From Reclinomonas americana ATCC 50394 (Eukaryota): a stretch of DNA of 64,000 bases. Each line of letters opens with the position of its first letter. The stretch's first letter is position 1. Made by a program: the position numbers and the translations under genes. The notes under the pieces are model-generated. The model was not told the origin of the DNA and made no database searches. It saw only the letters and a list, made by a program, of their open reading frames with translations. Shown here one piece after another: positions 50,272 to 62,008 of the stretch. Where the stretch lies: NCBI GenBank assembly GCA_048213135.1, contig PS015296.1:1-64000 (forward strand). The letters are read 5' to 3'.

Positions 50272-51699
50272 TCACTCCGCACTCGGGCCAACAATGCGAC
50301 GGCGCAGGCGGAGACGGCGCTCCACGCTCTCAGCGCTGGTGTCGGCCGGGTCCAGCAGCGCCAGCAAATCAGCGCGACGGTGCGCCGGCAGGCGTTGCAG
50401 CTCCTCCAGAATCTCCTCATCAATGTCGTCGGCCGGGGCCGGGAGGTCAGCTGCTGCCTCCTCAGCCTCCTCCATCTCGGCGCGAGTGCGGCGACGGCGA
50501 CGCGGTGCGGCCGGCGCGCCTTTCTTCGCATACAACGCGAACGGCTCCGACACGACGCGGAGCGGCATGCAGTTGGTGCCAGTGATCTGCACCGGAGGTG
50601 AGTACGCAAGCAAACCAGCGAGTGAGTACAATGAGAGAGAAGATGACGCACGTTCATCTCCATCACAAACGGCTGGTGGCCGTGCCTGGACGACTGCGTG
50701 TGGAACTGCAGGGTGGTGCGGCCACTGAAGCCGGTGCGGTTCCTGTTCAACACAAACCAGATTGGCGTGACCGCGCCCTCCACACTGCGGGAAAAAATGA
50801 GCTGGTGGTGCGCACTGCGGTAGCACGCGTGAACGGCAACAACGACGCAACGTGTCACGGCCAATCATCATCGCCACGTCCACTTGCAGGTGCGAGGCCG
50901 CCGCAAACGCCTCCTCGTCCATGACCGTCACTTCCACCAGCACGTCGTACCGGTACGGTTTCTGCAGAGGGAAGTGAGTGCGCGAGCGTGTCATGACATG
51001 CACCTGGTGGGCGCACATACGTACCGAGCACAGTCCCCAGTGGTAGCTGTCGCGCGGCAGCAGAAGCTCAAACGCCGTGTCCCTGAGCTTGGCCGACTTG
51101 ACAAACACGTCCACCGACGCCACTTGAGACGGCGGTCTCAGCTGCCAGTCAGTGGGCGCAGCCGGAGGCATCGTCGCCGGGGGGAAATTGACCGCGACGT
51201 CCGCAGGAGGCGCAGCGGCACTCGCAGGCGGAAGGGGCAATGTGAGGAGAGTGCAGCAGGTGGGCGCCACCGGTGCCTGCCACGTGCACAGCCACGGCCA
51301 GTCAGGCAGAGGAGCAGCAGCTGTTGCTGGTGGTGGTGGTGGTGGGGGTGGTGGCGGTGGCGGCGGAGGAGGAGGAGGTGGCGGGGCAGCAGCGCTCGCC
51401 ACGGACATGGTGCCAGCGACGCACACTGGCGGAGGAGGCATGGGTAGGGTCGGGAACAAGGTGAAGCTGGTCGGCACCGGCGCCGGCGTGTATGAGGCCT
51501 CCGTCTTCACGCCCACCGGAAGAAGAAGAACAGAGTCCATGCGCGCCGTCTCCATGGCCACATCCAGCGCAGCGCCAGTGGCGATCATCGGCATGAAGAG
51601 AGACTCGTGCACGTGCTGCGAGTGTGGGATCACACTCGGCGACGGTTCCTCAAAGCAAAAAGAGTACTTCTCCGCCTCCAAGGTCTCAAAGTCGTCCAT
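50272..51699 (-). CDS. Putative Ig-fold (CudA/STAT-like) transcription factor, paralog 2
   Basis: MDDFETL.. Pro-rich; KPYRYDVLV..LQVDV..FSGRTTLQFHTQSSRHGHQPFVMEM..SEPFALYAKK; PRRRRR NLS. Confidence 0.6.
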   Translation of the reverse strand: MDDFETLEAEKYSFCFEEPSPSVIPHSQHVHESLFMPMIATGAALDVAMETARMDSVLLLPVGVKTEASYTPAPVPTSFTLFPTLPMPPPPVCVAGTMSVASAAAPPPPPPPPPPPPPPPPPPPATAAAPLPDWPWLCTWQAPVAPTCCTLLTLPLPPASAAAPPADVAVNFPPATMPPAAPTDWQLRPPSQVASVDVFVKSAKLRDTAFELLLPRDSYHWGLCSVRMCAHQVHVMTRSRTHFPLQKPYRYDVLVEVTVMDEEAFAAASHLQVDVAMMIGRDTLRRCCRSRVLPQCAPPAHFFPQCGGRGHANLVCVEQEPHRLQWPHHPAVPHAVVQARPPAVCDGDERASSSLSLYSLAGLLAYSPPVQITGTNCMPLRVVSEPFALYAKKGAPAAPRRRRRTRAEMEEAEEAAADLPAPADDIDEEILEELQRLPAHRRADLLALLDPADTSAESVERRLRLRRRIVGPSAE

Positions 51700-52460
51700 C
51701 GTGGCGCTCTGCTCTCGCAGCGAGTGTGAAAAAGAAATGAGTGCCCGATTGTGCCGGGTTGCCGGATCTCGCTCTGGCGTATTCGACGGCATTGCGACCA
51801 CAACACGATCTGTGTCTCCGCGTTGTGGCTGTTGCGCTGTGCGAGTCGCTCATGGCGCCATTCGCTGCCTCGCAGTGCCTGCTTCAATCGTCAGTCTTGT
51901 GGTGTGTGCGGCTCGCCCTCCATTTGTTGTGCGCGGTGGTACGAACACCCGGCATGCAATTGGACCTCACTTGGAACACGGCAGATCGCACTGCAAAATA
52001 TGCCAGACAACGGCGCGTTCTGTACTCGACGGTTCTAGTTCAGTGTTGCAGCTGCAGCTGGCAGAAAATCAAAATGAAACGATATGCATGCATGATTGTG
52101 TTTTCACTGCTGATACATTGCTTTCTTTTGCAAAAGACAGTGTGTGTTGAGAAAGAGAGATAGGGAAAGAGGGGTGGAGTATAGTAAACTAATTCGACAA
52201 CTGTATCGGGGAAGAAATGGTGGCTGCCTTGTAGCGAGGGTGTGTGTGTGTCTGCGTGTGTGCAAAGTGCGCGGAAAAACCAAATATCGTGGTCCTTCTC
52301 GCCGCACACGCACATCACACACACATCACACACCGCACGCACCACAAGGCAGCCTCCCCATAAGTGTCTGGTCACAGTGGTGGCATCCGAGTGCCTCCGA
52401 AGGGGGGGGGGGGGTTGGAGGGGTTGGAGGGGGGGATGCTCACCACCTGGTTGAGCGACA

Positions 52461-53681
52461 TCACTGCTGCTGTTGTTGGGGTTGGTGCTGGTTCAGCTGG
52501 CGCCGCACGCGACGGCGATGCTCGACGGCTCCTGCGCGCTGATCGTCCAGCAAGCACGCCAAATACTCGCGCGTGCGCTGCGACAGGCCAAGAAGCTCGT
52601 CGGGGATCGCCTCAGAGGCGGCGGCATCGTTGCCGTCACTCTCCATGTCGGCGCGACCGCGGCGGCGAGACGAAGACGACGCGTCCTTCTGCGGCTTGGC
52701 ACGCAGCATGAACTGCTCCGAGTGCACGATCAGAGTCGAGCCGTTCGCGCTGGTGATCTGATAAACGACGGTGGTGAGGAATGGCGCAGAAGTCAGAGCG
52801 TCTTCATGGACACTCACCACCAGCTGGAGCGTAAACGGCTGTCGTCCGTGCTTGGTGGACTGCGTGATAAACTGCAGCGTGGTGCGCCCATCAAAGCCAG
52901 CCTGCGTCGGCCACAGCTCAAACTGCACGCCAGTGGGATCAAAGGCGTTGGCGACACTGAGAGAAGAGTGAGCAAGAGAAGAAAACGAAGAGAGAGCGCG
53001 GGAAAAGAGTTACGAAACTGCTGGCCATGACACAGCAATGACACATCGACGCGCATATTCTGCATCGAGTACGCCGTCATGGCGTCACGCGAGACTGTCA
53101 CGCGCATGTCGTACTTGTACGGAACCTACACGAAGGAAAAGTGAGAGAGAGTAAAGCGAGGCTAAGAATAGCATTTTCTTTCTCACCGACAACAGGTTGA
53201 TCCCGTCGGCCAGCGGCAACAGCGGGCTGAAGCAATCATCGCTCTTCTTGGCCGGCTTGCACAGCACACACACGCTGGCGGCTGCGGCTGAGGACACCAC
53301 CTGAAAGTCGCTGCGCTCTTGCTGCGCAGGCGGCGACAACGGCGGCGACAACGGCGGTGGAGAGATGGGAGGCAACACAGCGGGCATCATGGGCGGCAGA
53401 TCCGGGGGCGGCAACAAGAAGAAGCCGCCATGTTGATGATGATGATGGTGGACATGTCCAGTCGCGTCCACATCCCCACAGTGCGCCAGCACGGCGGCGG
53501 CGGGGTGCACAATGGATGGTGGCGGTGGAGGCGGTGGAGGAGGCGGGCTGGCGCCACCGATCGCCGCAACAACCGGGGGCTCGTGGAACGGCAAATCGCC
53601 GCCGACAAGAGGCACAGGCGCGTCGCCAAAGTCGGCAAAGTCGTCCGTGTCAAAGTGAGAGTACCACGTGCGTGGGATCAT
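52461..53681 (-). CDS. Putative Ig-fold (CudA/STAT-like) transcription factor, paralog 3, 4 exons
   Basis: MIPRTWYSHFDTDD.. Pro/His-rich; PYKYDMRV..VDVSLLCHG..FDGRTTLQFITQSTKHGRQPFTLQL..SEQFMLRAK; same intron positions as paralog 1. Confidence 0.6.
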
Positions 53682-53963
53682 GGTTGTTGTTGTTGTTGTT
53701 GTTGATAATAAGTGATAAGGTGTGCTCAAGCGAATGTGACAAGAATAGTTTGCGACTGAGATCCGGCTGACGGGACATGGTGGATTCGAAATCCCTTGAC
53801 CATTTGCGACAGACGCTGTCATCGCACACGCACACTTCTGTGATTGAGTGCAGGCAACAACAAAAGAACTACTGCATGCAATCTCAAAGCGCGAACAAGA
53901 GATCAACGAAAATTCTCACGCACACCGGACATTCACTTGCATTTTCTTGCAATTGAGATTGCG

Positions 53964-54236
53964 ATGTCGATGAAGGTCTGTCTCTCTCCCTTTCGCTCTC
54001 CCTCTCTCACTCCTTCTTCTTCTTCATGTTCTCCTCCTCCTCCTCTTCTGCTTCTTCTCCTTCTCCTTCTCCATGTTCTCCTTCTTCTCCATGTTCTCCT
54101 TCTTCTTCTCCATGTTCTCCTTCTTCTTCTTCTCCTCCTCCCCATCCTCGTTCTTCCTCTCCGTCTTCCTCTTCCTCTCCGTCCTCTTCTTTCTTCTTCC
54201 CCTCCTTCCCCTCCCTCCTCCTCCTCCACCTCCTCC

Positions 54237-54282
<46 letters not shown>

Positions 54283-55362
54283 TCTCTGTGCGCTCACCAC
54301 ATCGCACTGTGGGGTGACACACAGCTCTTTGAGGGACACGGTTTGTGTGTGCGCACTGTCGCTTTTACTCCCGACGGACTGCGCGTCGTTAGCGGGAGCG
54401 ACGACAAAACGATTCGAGTGTGGCCGTTGGCGAGTGGTAAGGAAGTGTGGCGACTGGACGTGTACGACTCGGTGTCGTCAATCGCTGTCACCGCCGACGG
54501 TCGGCACGTAGTCAGTGGCAGTGCTGATCACCTCGTTCGTATGTGGTCACTGTCTTCCGGGATGGAGGAGCAACGGTTGGCAAGCCACGCTGGCGCGGTG
54601 ACGTCGGTTGCCCTCTCCCCTGATGGTCAGCACGTAGTGAGTGGAAGTTGGGACGTGTGCTTGTGGTCACTAGCGACTGGGAAAGAGGTGCGACGATTCA
54701 ACGTAAAACAACGCCTGGGATGGATTGCGTCTGTTGCCGTCACCCCTGATGGGCAGCACGTTGTGAGCGGGGACGATAACGGAGCAGTGCGGGTGTGGTC
54801 GCTAGCGAGTGGCGAGCAGGTTCGACAGTTGACTGGCGTGTACGTTACTGTGCTCGACGCGCAGCACATTGTGAGCTATGGAGACCGGGATACGGCCATT
54901 CGAGTGGTCTCACTGGAGAGTGGCGAAGAGGTGCGACGCATGGAGGGACACACTGGTACAGTGCGCTCTGTAGCCGTCACACGCAGTGGTCAGCGCTTAG
55001 TGAGTGGGAGCGACGACAGGACAGTGCGACTGTGGTCTGTGGCGACTGGAACAGAACTGCAGCGGCTGAAGGGACACGTCGATGGAGTGTGGTCTGTCGC
55101 CGTCTCTCACGATGGTCTTCGCATTGCGAGTGCGAGTAAGGACACGACAATTCAAGTGTGGTCCGCACCGGGCGCCCTTGCTCAGCAGGAGCTGCAACGT
55201 GCGCGTTCAGCCATGCTGGCTGTACGGGAGATGCAGGGGAGCACAGAGGATGAACGGGATTCCCGCTGCCTGCCGGAGATGGTGTTGCGCTGTTTCATCG
55301 TCGAGGATGCTGAAGTTGTGCTCTATCGGTGTTGCCTTGATCCAGCTGGGATGTTTTGGTGA
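53964..55362 (+). CDS. WD40-repeat protein with family-specific C-terminal motif, paralog 3
   Basis: MSMK|LFEGH; WD repeats; tail PGALAQQELQRARSAMLAVREMQ..CLPEMVLRCFIVEDAEVVLYRCCLDPAGMFW. Confidence 0.88.
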
Positions 55363-55726
55363 GAGTGAGTGTGCAAATGTAATCAGTCGCGTACAGTAGC
55401 TCGGTGTGGTCTCTTTTTCTGCACGCACTGGAGTGCTGCTTGCTGACAGCAAGCGACCGATTCTCGCCGTGACAGCCACCAAAAAGAAAGTGGGCCGCGA
55501 GGAGGAGAGCGGCAGCACCGTGTGTATCAGGAAACAATGACGAAGAAGGCGCACGCCATGGCCTCGAATCACGACCCACCTGGAGCGACAGTGGACAGCG
55601 CGTGCGTCATATGCACGGGAGGAGAATCTCGCTTCGACGCTTGTGGGATCAATTGCAACGACGGCCAAGATTTCTTCCGCGATTGCGTTCACTGCGCTAA
55701 CACCACTCACTCACTCACTCACACAA

Positions 55727-57612
55727 TCACACCGTGGGAATCTGGAAACACAAGCCAAGCTCCCGCACTTTCTCGTATTCCTCGGCAAACGCCGTCTGCA
55801 AGTACCGATTCAGGTCGATCAGCATCCGTGCTCCGAGTCGGTACTGGCCGCCCTCACTGTTTGTATAGAGACAACGCAGTGTGAGCGCATGCACACTCGC
55901 TTGGAGAGCGCGCAAGAGAGAGCACACGCAACTGCTCCAACCACTTGTTGTCGGAGAGCTTGTTCAGCAGGAGTTGAGAGTTGCTGCGCGAGGAGGATCA
56001 GTCGACAGACGGAGTGGCGAGACAACTCAGAGGAACGTGCGCAGCGAATGACAACTCAGAAGAACAAGCACTCCAAGAAGAGAAGCAGAGAGAGAGAGCC
56101 ACAATCTGCGCTTCCCTCACAACGCAACGCTGGTGTCAAGTGCTGAATCACACCAGGCAGCCCCAGCAGCGCATTGTGGCCAATCCACGGCGGTCGCGTG
56201 CCAATGTCCTCCTCCTCCCACTTCTTCACCGACACCTCCACAATCTCACGAATCACCGCCAGCTCCTTGTCGGTGAATGCGGTGCCGAACTTGGCCGCTG
56301 CATCCGTCTCCTCGTTGACCACCGCGTAGTAGCGCTCGCTCGTACTCGGGTCGACAAACATCAGCAGATCCATGCGCATCCAGCGGAGGTTGTCGCGAAT
56401 GGTCTCCAGGATGGCGTCGCGGTCCCTGACGGCGTCTGCGGATGGGAGAGGGAGGAGAGGGGGGGGGGGAGGGGGAGGGAAGGAGGGAGAGGGAGGAAAG
56501 AATGAACAACCTGGTACGCAGCATTCAGCTTTTCCCCATTTCCCTCAACGATTGACAGACTGCGTGGGTGCTGTCCGCACGTCGCACTGCGTTCTCGCTC
56601 ATGCACCTGCCTCTCAGTCGTCTGCAATCCATTCTATGTCTCTCTCAGAAGACAGAATGCTTGTCTGTTCTCGCTCACTCGTCTGTCCCGCAGCATCATG
56701 CTGTGTCTCTTTCACAGACAGAGATGCATGTCTCTGTGATGCACCTGCTTCTCAGTTGTCCTTGCAACAGAAAGAGCGCGCTGATTGCTTGTCTCCGAGT
56801 CTCTCGCTCCTGCCTCTCAGTTGTCTGCTGTCATTCTCTGTCTCTCTCACAACAGAAAGAGAGTGCTCCTTGTTCAGCTTGCTTCTCAGCTGTCATCTTG
56901 CATTCTCTCTCAGCAAAAGCGTCGGCGCAGTGTGCATGTTCATGCGCCTGCTCAATCTCTCTCTCTTGCATTCTGTTGACTGCATGTCTCCTTGCCCTGT
57001 TGCTTCTGCGCCTGCTTCTCAGCTGTCTGCTTTCCATTCTCTGTCTATCTCAACAGGGAGATGCAAGTCTCACTGCATTCTCGCCTGCCTCTCTCTCAGT
57101 CCCTGTTGTCTGCCCCCAACTGATCAATGAGAAGCGCGTTTCACTCTTCTTCCCCGTCTCTCTCTCTCTCTTCTCTCTCTCTCTCTGCTCGTACGTACGA
57201 CTCCGNNNNNNNNNNNNNNNNNNNNNNNNNNNNNNNNNNNNNNNNNNNNNNNNNNNNNNNNNNNNNNNNNNNNNNNNNNNNNNNNNNNNNNNNNNNNNNN
57301 NNNNNNNNNNNNNNNNNNNNNNNNNNNNNNNNNNNNNNNNNNNNNNNNNNNNNNNNNNNNNNNNNNNNNNNNNNNNNNNNNNNNNNNNNNNNNNNNNNNN
57401 NNNNNNNNNNNNNNNNNNNNNNNNNNNNNNNNNNNNNNNNNNNNNNNNNNNNNNNNNNNNNNNNNNNNNNNNNNNNNNNNNNNNNNNNNNNNNNNNNNNN
57501 NNNNNNNNNNNNNCTACTCGTCTACTCTCGTCCTCCGTCCTCCTCCTCTCTCTCCGTTCCGTTCGTTCGTTCCGTCCCGTACCCTACCGTACTACTACTA
57601 GTAGACGCGTCG

Positions 57613-57680
<68 letters not shown>

Positions 57681-57846
57681 TTCCCTTTCCCTCCCCGCTC
57701 ACGCAACGAAGTGAAGGCAACCTCCCACTCTCATTCCACCTCTTTGTCGCATTCTCAATCAACACCACCACCTCCGCGCGCGTGACCACTCCCAACTTGC
57801 ACAGCGACACAAGCACATCGCGATGCGCTTGACACATTTGCGCCAT
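55727..57846 (-). CDS. NSE1: NSE1 (Smc5/6 complex subunit)-like protein; C-terminal RING not found; 3' end uncertain
   Basis: MAQMCQAHRDVLVSLCKLGVV..|..YYAVVNEETDAAAKFGTAFTDKELAVIREIVE..LTPA|NSQLLLNKLSDNKWLE|HEGGQYRLGARMLIDL matches the two NSE1 winged-helix domains. Confidence 0.75.
56570..57130. repeat. Degenerate tandem repeat inside NSE1 intron 1
   Basis: Recurring (c)ctgc.tctcag.tgtctgc..cattct.tgtctctctca.aa.aga blocks. Confidence 0.6.
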
Positions 57847-58228
57847 TTTCCTTACTTTGTGTGAGTGAGCGAAAGAAGAAAGGGGTTTGCCATTCTGACG
57901 TCACATTGTCTCTCGCGCCATCGACATCGACCTTGGAAAGGGCTGTCTTCTTCTTTTTAATGTCACGTTTTCCTCCGTGGCCTTCCAAGCCGCAGCCGCA
58001 AACAGAGACTTCAAACACGCACATACTCACTCACACACACACAAACAGGGGGGCCTACCTAGATAGCACAGAAAAAGAGATAACAGGGGGGGTTGTCGAC
58101 ACGGATAGGACACAAAGAGGCAAAAACGATAACAGGTCGACGACAAGAGACGACGACGGGGAAAAACAGAGACCACACAGACACACACGGATTAGTAGTA
58201 GTAGTAGCGCGAGGGAGCCCCTGGGTCC

Positions 58229-58816
58229 TCACATATTGGCTGCGGCCGCCACTCGCTCGTGCAACCTGAACGTTTCCCTCACAAACGGTCGCACGTCGCC
58301 TGCCCTCCGGTGGAAGTCGCGCATGTTTTTCAAGACGTCGAGCAGCTTGACCAGCTCCGAGTCCTCGTTGTCGTCGAACCACGACTCGATGGGGATGCCG
58401 TTGTCGAGTTGGAAGCCGAAGGCCTGTGGAGAGTTGTCCACAATCACCGCCGACGCCAGATCGCGACCGAGCACGTTGAGGTCCTTCAGGTAGTTGCCTT
58501 CGACGGGCACGCAGCTCTCACGGAAGACGCGGTATCTGCGGAGGGGAAGGGGGGATGAAGGGTGAGTCATCAAAATCGCACAAGTCGTGTTCAACAACAA
58601 TCGTTCACTGTGTCTCTCTCTTCACTCTGCATGACCTGCGCCACGCCCTCAATCATTCACTCTTTCAACATCTTGCTCTCACTAATACACACACAACGTT
58701 CTCAGTCGCTCTTCACTCCACTCTGCATGACTCGCCACGCTCTCAATCATTCAACATCTTGCTCTCTCTCTCTCTCTCCCTCTCCCTCTGTACTGCATCC
58801 TCCAATTTCGACGAGG

Positions 58817-58853
<37 letters not shown>

Positions 58854-61468
58854 GAGCAAATGCGGATCCACTGTGAAAGACCAACTCGCTCATAGTCACA
58901 CCGCATGACCCGCCACACTCTCAGTCCTTCTTTCAACCCCTAAACTCTCTCGTTCAACCACTCCCTCTCATTACTGCTCGCCCCAAATTCGACAGGCTAT
59001 TCAGAAAGAGAGAGCGAGAGAGTTGTGCTCTCCCTTTCTCTGCACATGTACCGCCAGGCTTCAATCACTCGGCTCACTATCTCACACACATTCTCCCCTC
59101 CCCCTGCCACTCCAACTCGGTCATCTTCACTCTGCATGATACGGCACACGTTCTCCATCATTCTGTCATCCCTTCCTCTCTCTGCCTCCAAGTTCACTGA
59201 CACAAACGAATTCTCTCCCTATCTCGCGAGTGCGACCACAGAGATAACAACAATCGAAAGAAACCCTTCCCCTTTTCCCCCTTCCCCCTCTCCCTTTCCC
59301 CTTTCCCCCTTTTCCCCCCGCGCAACTTGATCCACTTCTTCTCCGGGTCGAGAATGTTGAGCAGCTTGTCCGCATACACCCGTTGTGATGCCGTGAAAAC
59401 AATAATCTCAAACATCTTCGACACCACATCCAAAAAGTACTCCAAGTGTGGTCGCTTGCGCACATAAATGGTGTAGTCGACGCCGTTGAAGTGTACCGGG
59501 AAGGTCAAGTCGGCGTTGGGCAAGTACTCGACACTGCAGTGCACCAGTGTCTCGTCGAGATCGAGAATCAGTGAAATGTCGGCACTCTGTCGCGTCTTGC
59601 GTGGCAGACATGTTGTGCGAATGGTCTGCACTTGCTCGAGTGGCGGCAGCTGGTGAATGAACAGGAAGCTGTGCGTGCGTGCGTGTGTGTCAGCGACGGA
59701 GTATATAAAAAAGGCAGCGGTGGGAGGGGTGAGCGGACGCAACGGATCAAATTCGTCCTCCTCCGCGTCACTCTCCTCCTCGGCCTCGTCCACGTCCATG
59801 GTAGTCGAGTTGCGTCGCGCCGCCGCCGCCGCCGCCGCTGCCGCCTCGGCCTCAGCAGCCGCCTGCGCACGAGCCGCCGCCGCCGCATCCGATGCCGCCT
59901 GTGCCGCCGCNNNNNNNNNNNNNNNNNNNNNNNNNNNNNNNNNNNNNNNNNNNNNNNNNNNNNNNNNNNNNNNNNNNNNNNNNNNNNNNNNNNNNNNNNN
60001 NNNNNNNNNNNNNNNNNNNNNNNNNNNNNNNNNNNNNNNNNNNNNNNCGCAGCCGCCGCCGCCGCCGCACTCGCATGCTCGCCCGCATGATGCGGCACCA
60101 CATACGTCGGCGAGAACATAATCGCGGTGCGATCCGGCGCCGTCTCCTCCTCATCATGCATATACGTGTGCCCATGATGATACTCCGCCGCCGCCGTCGT
60201 CGTCGTGGACGATGACACCGCCTGTGCCGGGAACGCACGCGCCAACCGCAACGTATGCAGCGGCGAAGTCGGCACCACCGGCGGCGACACTGCTGGTGGC
60301 GGCGATGGAGGCGCCGCGGCACTCGGCTGCGATCCGCGTCGCTTACCCGCCGGCGACGATGTGATAAACCCGCCTACACTAGTGCCACCATTGCTGGGTG
60401 TTGCCGCACTGCTTCCACTCGCCGCGTGCGTGTACCCGCCGTGATGGTGGTAGTGATGGAGTGGTGGTCGCGTGGGAGTCGCTGGTGGATCCATGTCGGC
60501 CACGCTGATCGGTGCCACCATGGGCGCCGACGCCACCGCCGCTTGTGACGGTGGTGTGTGCATGCCTGCGCGTGAATGCCAAAGAGTGAGCACCAACACA
60601 GAGAGAGAGAGAGTCGGTGTGATGTGTGTGAGAGAGTATAAATTTGACACCAAGAATCCCAAACGGCACTTTGATCACCGACACACATCAACACATACAC
60701 GCGCGTGCTCTCTTTCTCATGTGTATGCGTCTGTGTGTGCGTGTGTGTGTATGTGTGTGTGAAAGTACACGCACCACTCTTGGCAGAGGCGGCGACTGGA
60801 GAGGCCAACGTGTTTCGACTCAACACACGAGTGGATCGCGCACCCGCAGAGTCAGTGTGACGTGTCGGAGTGTTGTTGTTGCTCAGCGCGGAGGCAGGAG
60901 GCGAGGTAGAGGACGGCGACGCGGAGAGCAGCAAATTGCCAAGCACCGGACAACGGGCGCCGGACGAGATGTCGACCACACACGACGACGCGCCCGCAGA
61001 AGCCGCCGCCGTCGCGTTCATTGCAGGCGAGCGGATGACTGTTGCTGCTGTTGCTGTTGTGCGAGGCTGCGGCTGCGCAAAGTGATGCACAGAGGCGACG
61101 GGCACTTGTCGCGCGGCCATGGGCGGCGATCGCACACTCGCCGCCGTTGCTGCTGCGTCGGTGAGTGAGGTGGACGAGGCCAGGCGCAGTGGAGGCGGCG
61201 GTGCTTGCTTGCGAGGGCGCATGGAGGCAGCGGCGGCGGCGGCAGAGGCGGCCGCCGATGTCGAAGTCGACGTTCCGGTCGCCGGGGACTTGAGTGCGGC
61301 GGTGGAGGCGGCTGCGGCGGCGGCGACTGCTGAGGCTCCCGGAGAGAGTGGAGAGGCTGTTGCGACTGTGGCTGCAGTGGTGGCAGGGCTGCTGGGGGAG
61401 GCGGGAGAGCGGCCGTGGCGGCAGCGCAGCACTGAGGGCAATGGGCGACGCGAGAACCCGGACGACAT
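58229..61468 (-). CDS. CTD small phosphatase-like (CTDSPL2/SCP4, FCP1-homology) protein
   Basis: [77 protein letters not shown]. Confidence 0.92.
58590..59200. repeat. Degenerate tandem repeat inside a phosphatase intron
   Basis: Recurring ctctgcatga...gccacgc.ctcaatca.tc blocks. Confidence 0.55.
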
Positions 61469-62008
61469 TGCTGCGTGGACTGTGTGAGCGTGCGTCCACC
61501 CAGCGAGACAAGTGTGTGTGTGTGGGAGAGGAGAAAAAAGTCCGTTTTCCGTTCGGTAAAACACACCTCTGGTTTTCTTGTTCGACAGCTCGTGTGGCGT
61601 GTGTGGATGGATACCGAGCGAGTTGTGCGCGCGTGTGCGTGTGTGCGTGAGAGAGAGGGTGGAGGGTGGCAGAGGCGAGGGGGTGAGTTGTGCGCAAGAG
61701 TTTTCCCTTGGCACGTGCTCAAGCACGCGTTTAAGACAATGTACGATTTGGGGTGCCAGATTTGTGAACCGGTTTTTTCATGCATTGACTTCGAGGTCGA
61801 TCTGATGGACTGGCTTTGGCGTCTGCAGCTTCCCTGGCCTGCTGCATCTCTCGCTCTCCACACTGCCTCTGCATCCATTGCTTGCTTCACTTTTTGTCGC
61901 GTTTGTCAATCCATTTGCTGTCCCGCTATTTTCAACTCACACACAGCCCACACACAGCGCTCTCGTTTTGTGTGCAAAGGAGACTGCATTCTTAGCATTT
62001 CGTCACTC

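Noticed and set aside
54020-54135. Repeated ccatgttctccttcttct units that might suggest a CRISPR-like array
   Set aside because: No unique spacers; a pyrimidine-rich minisatellite within the WD40 paralog 3 intron
55522-55884. Plus-strand ORF with CVIC..CGINC..DCVHC resembling a RING start
   Set aside because: Ligand pattern is incomplete and the ORF overlaps NSE1 antisense; at most a decayed fragment
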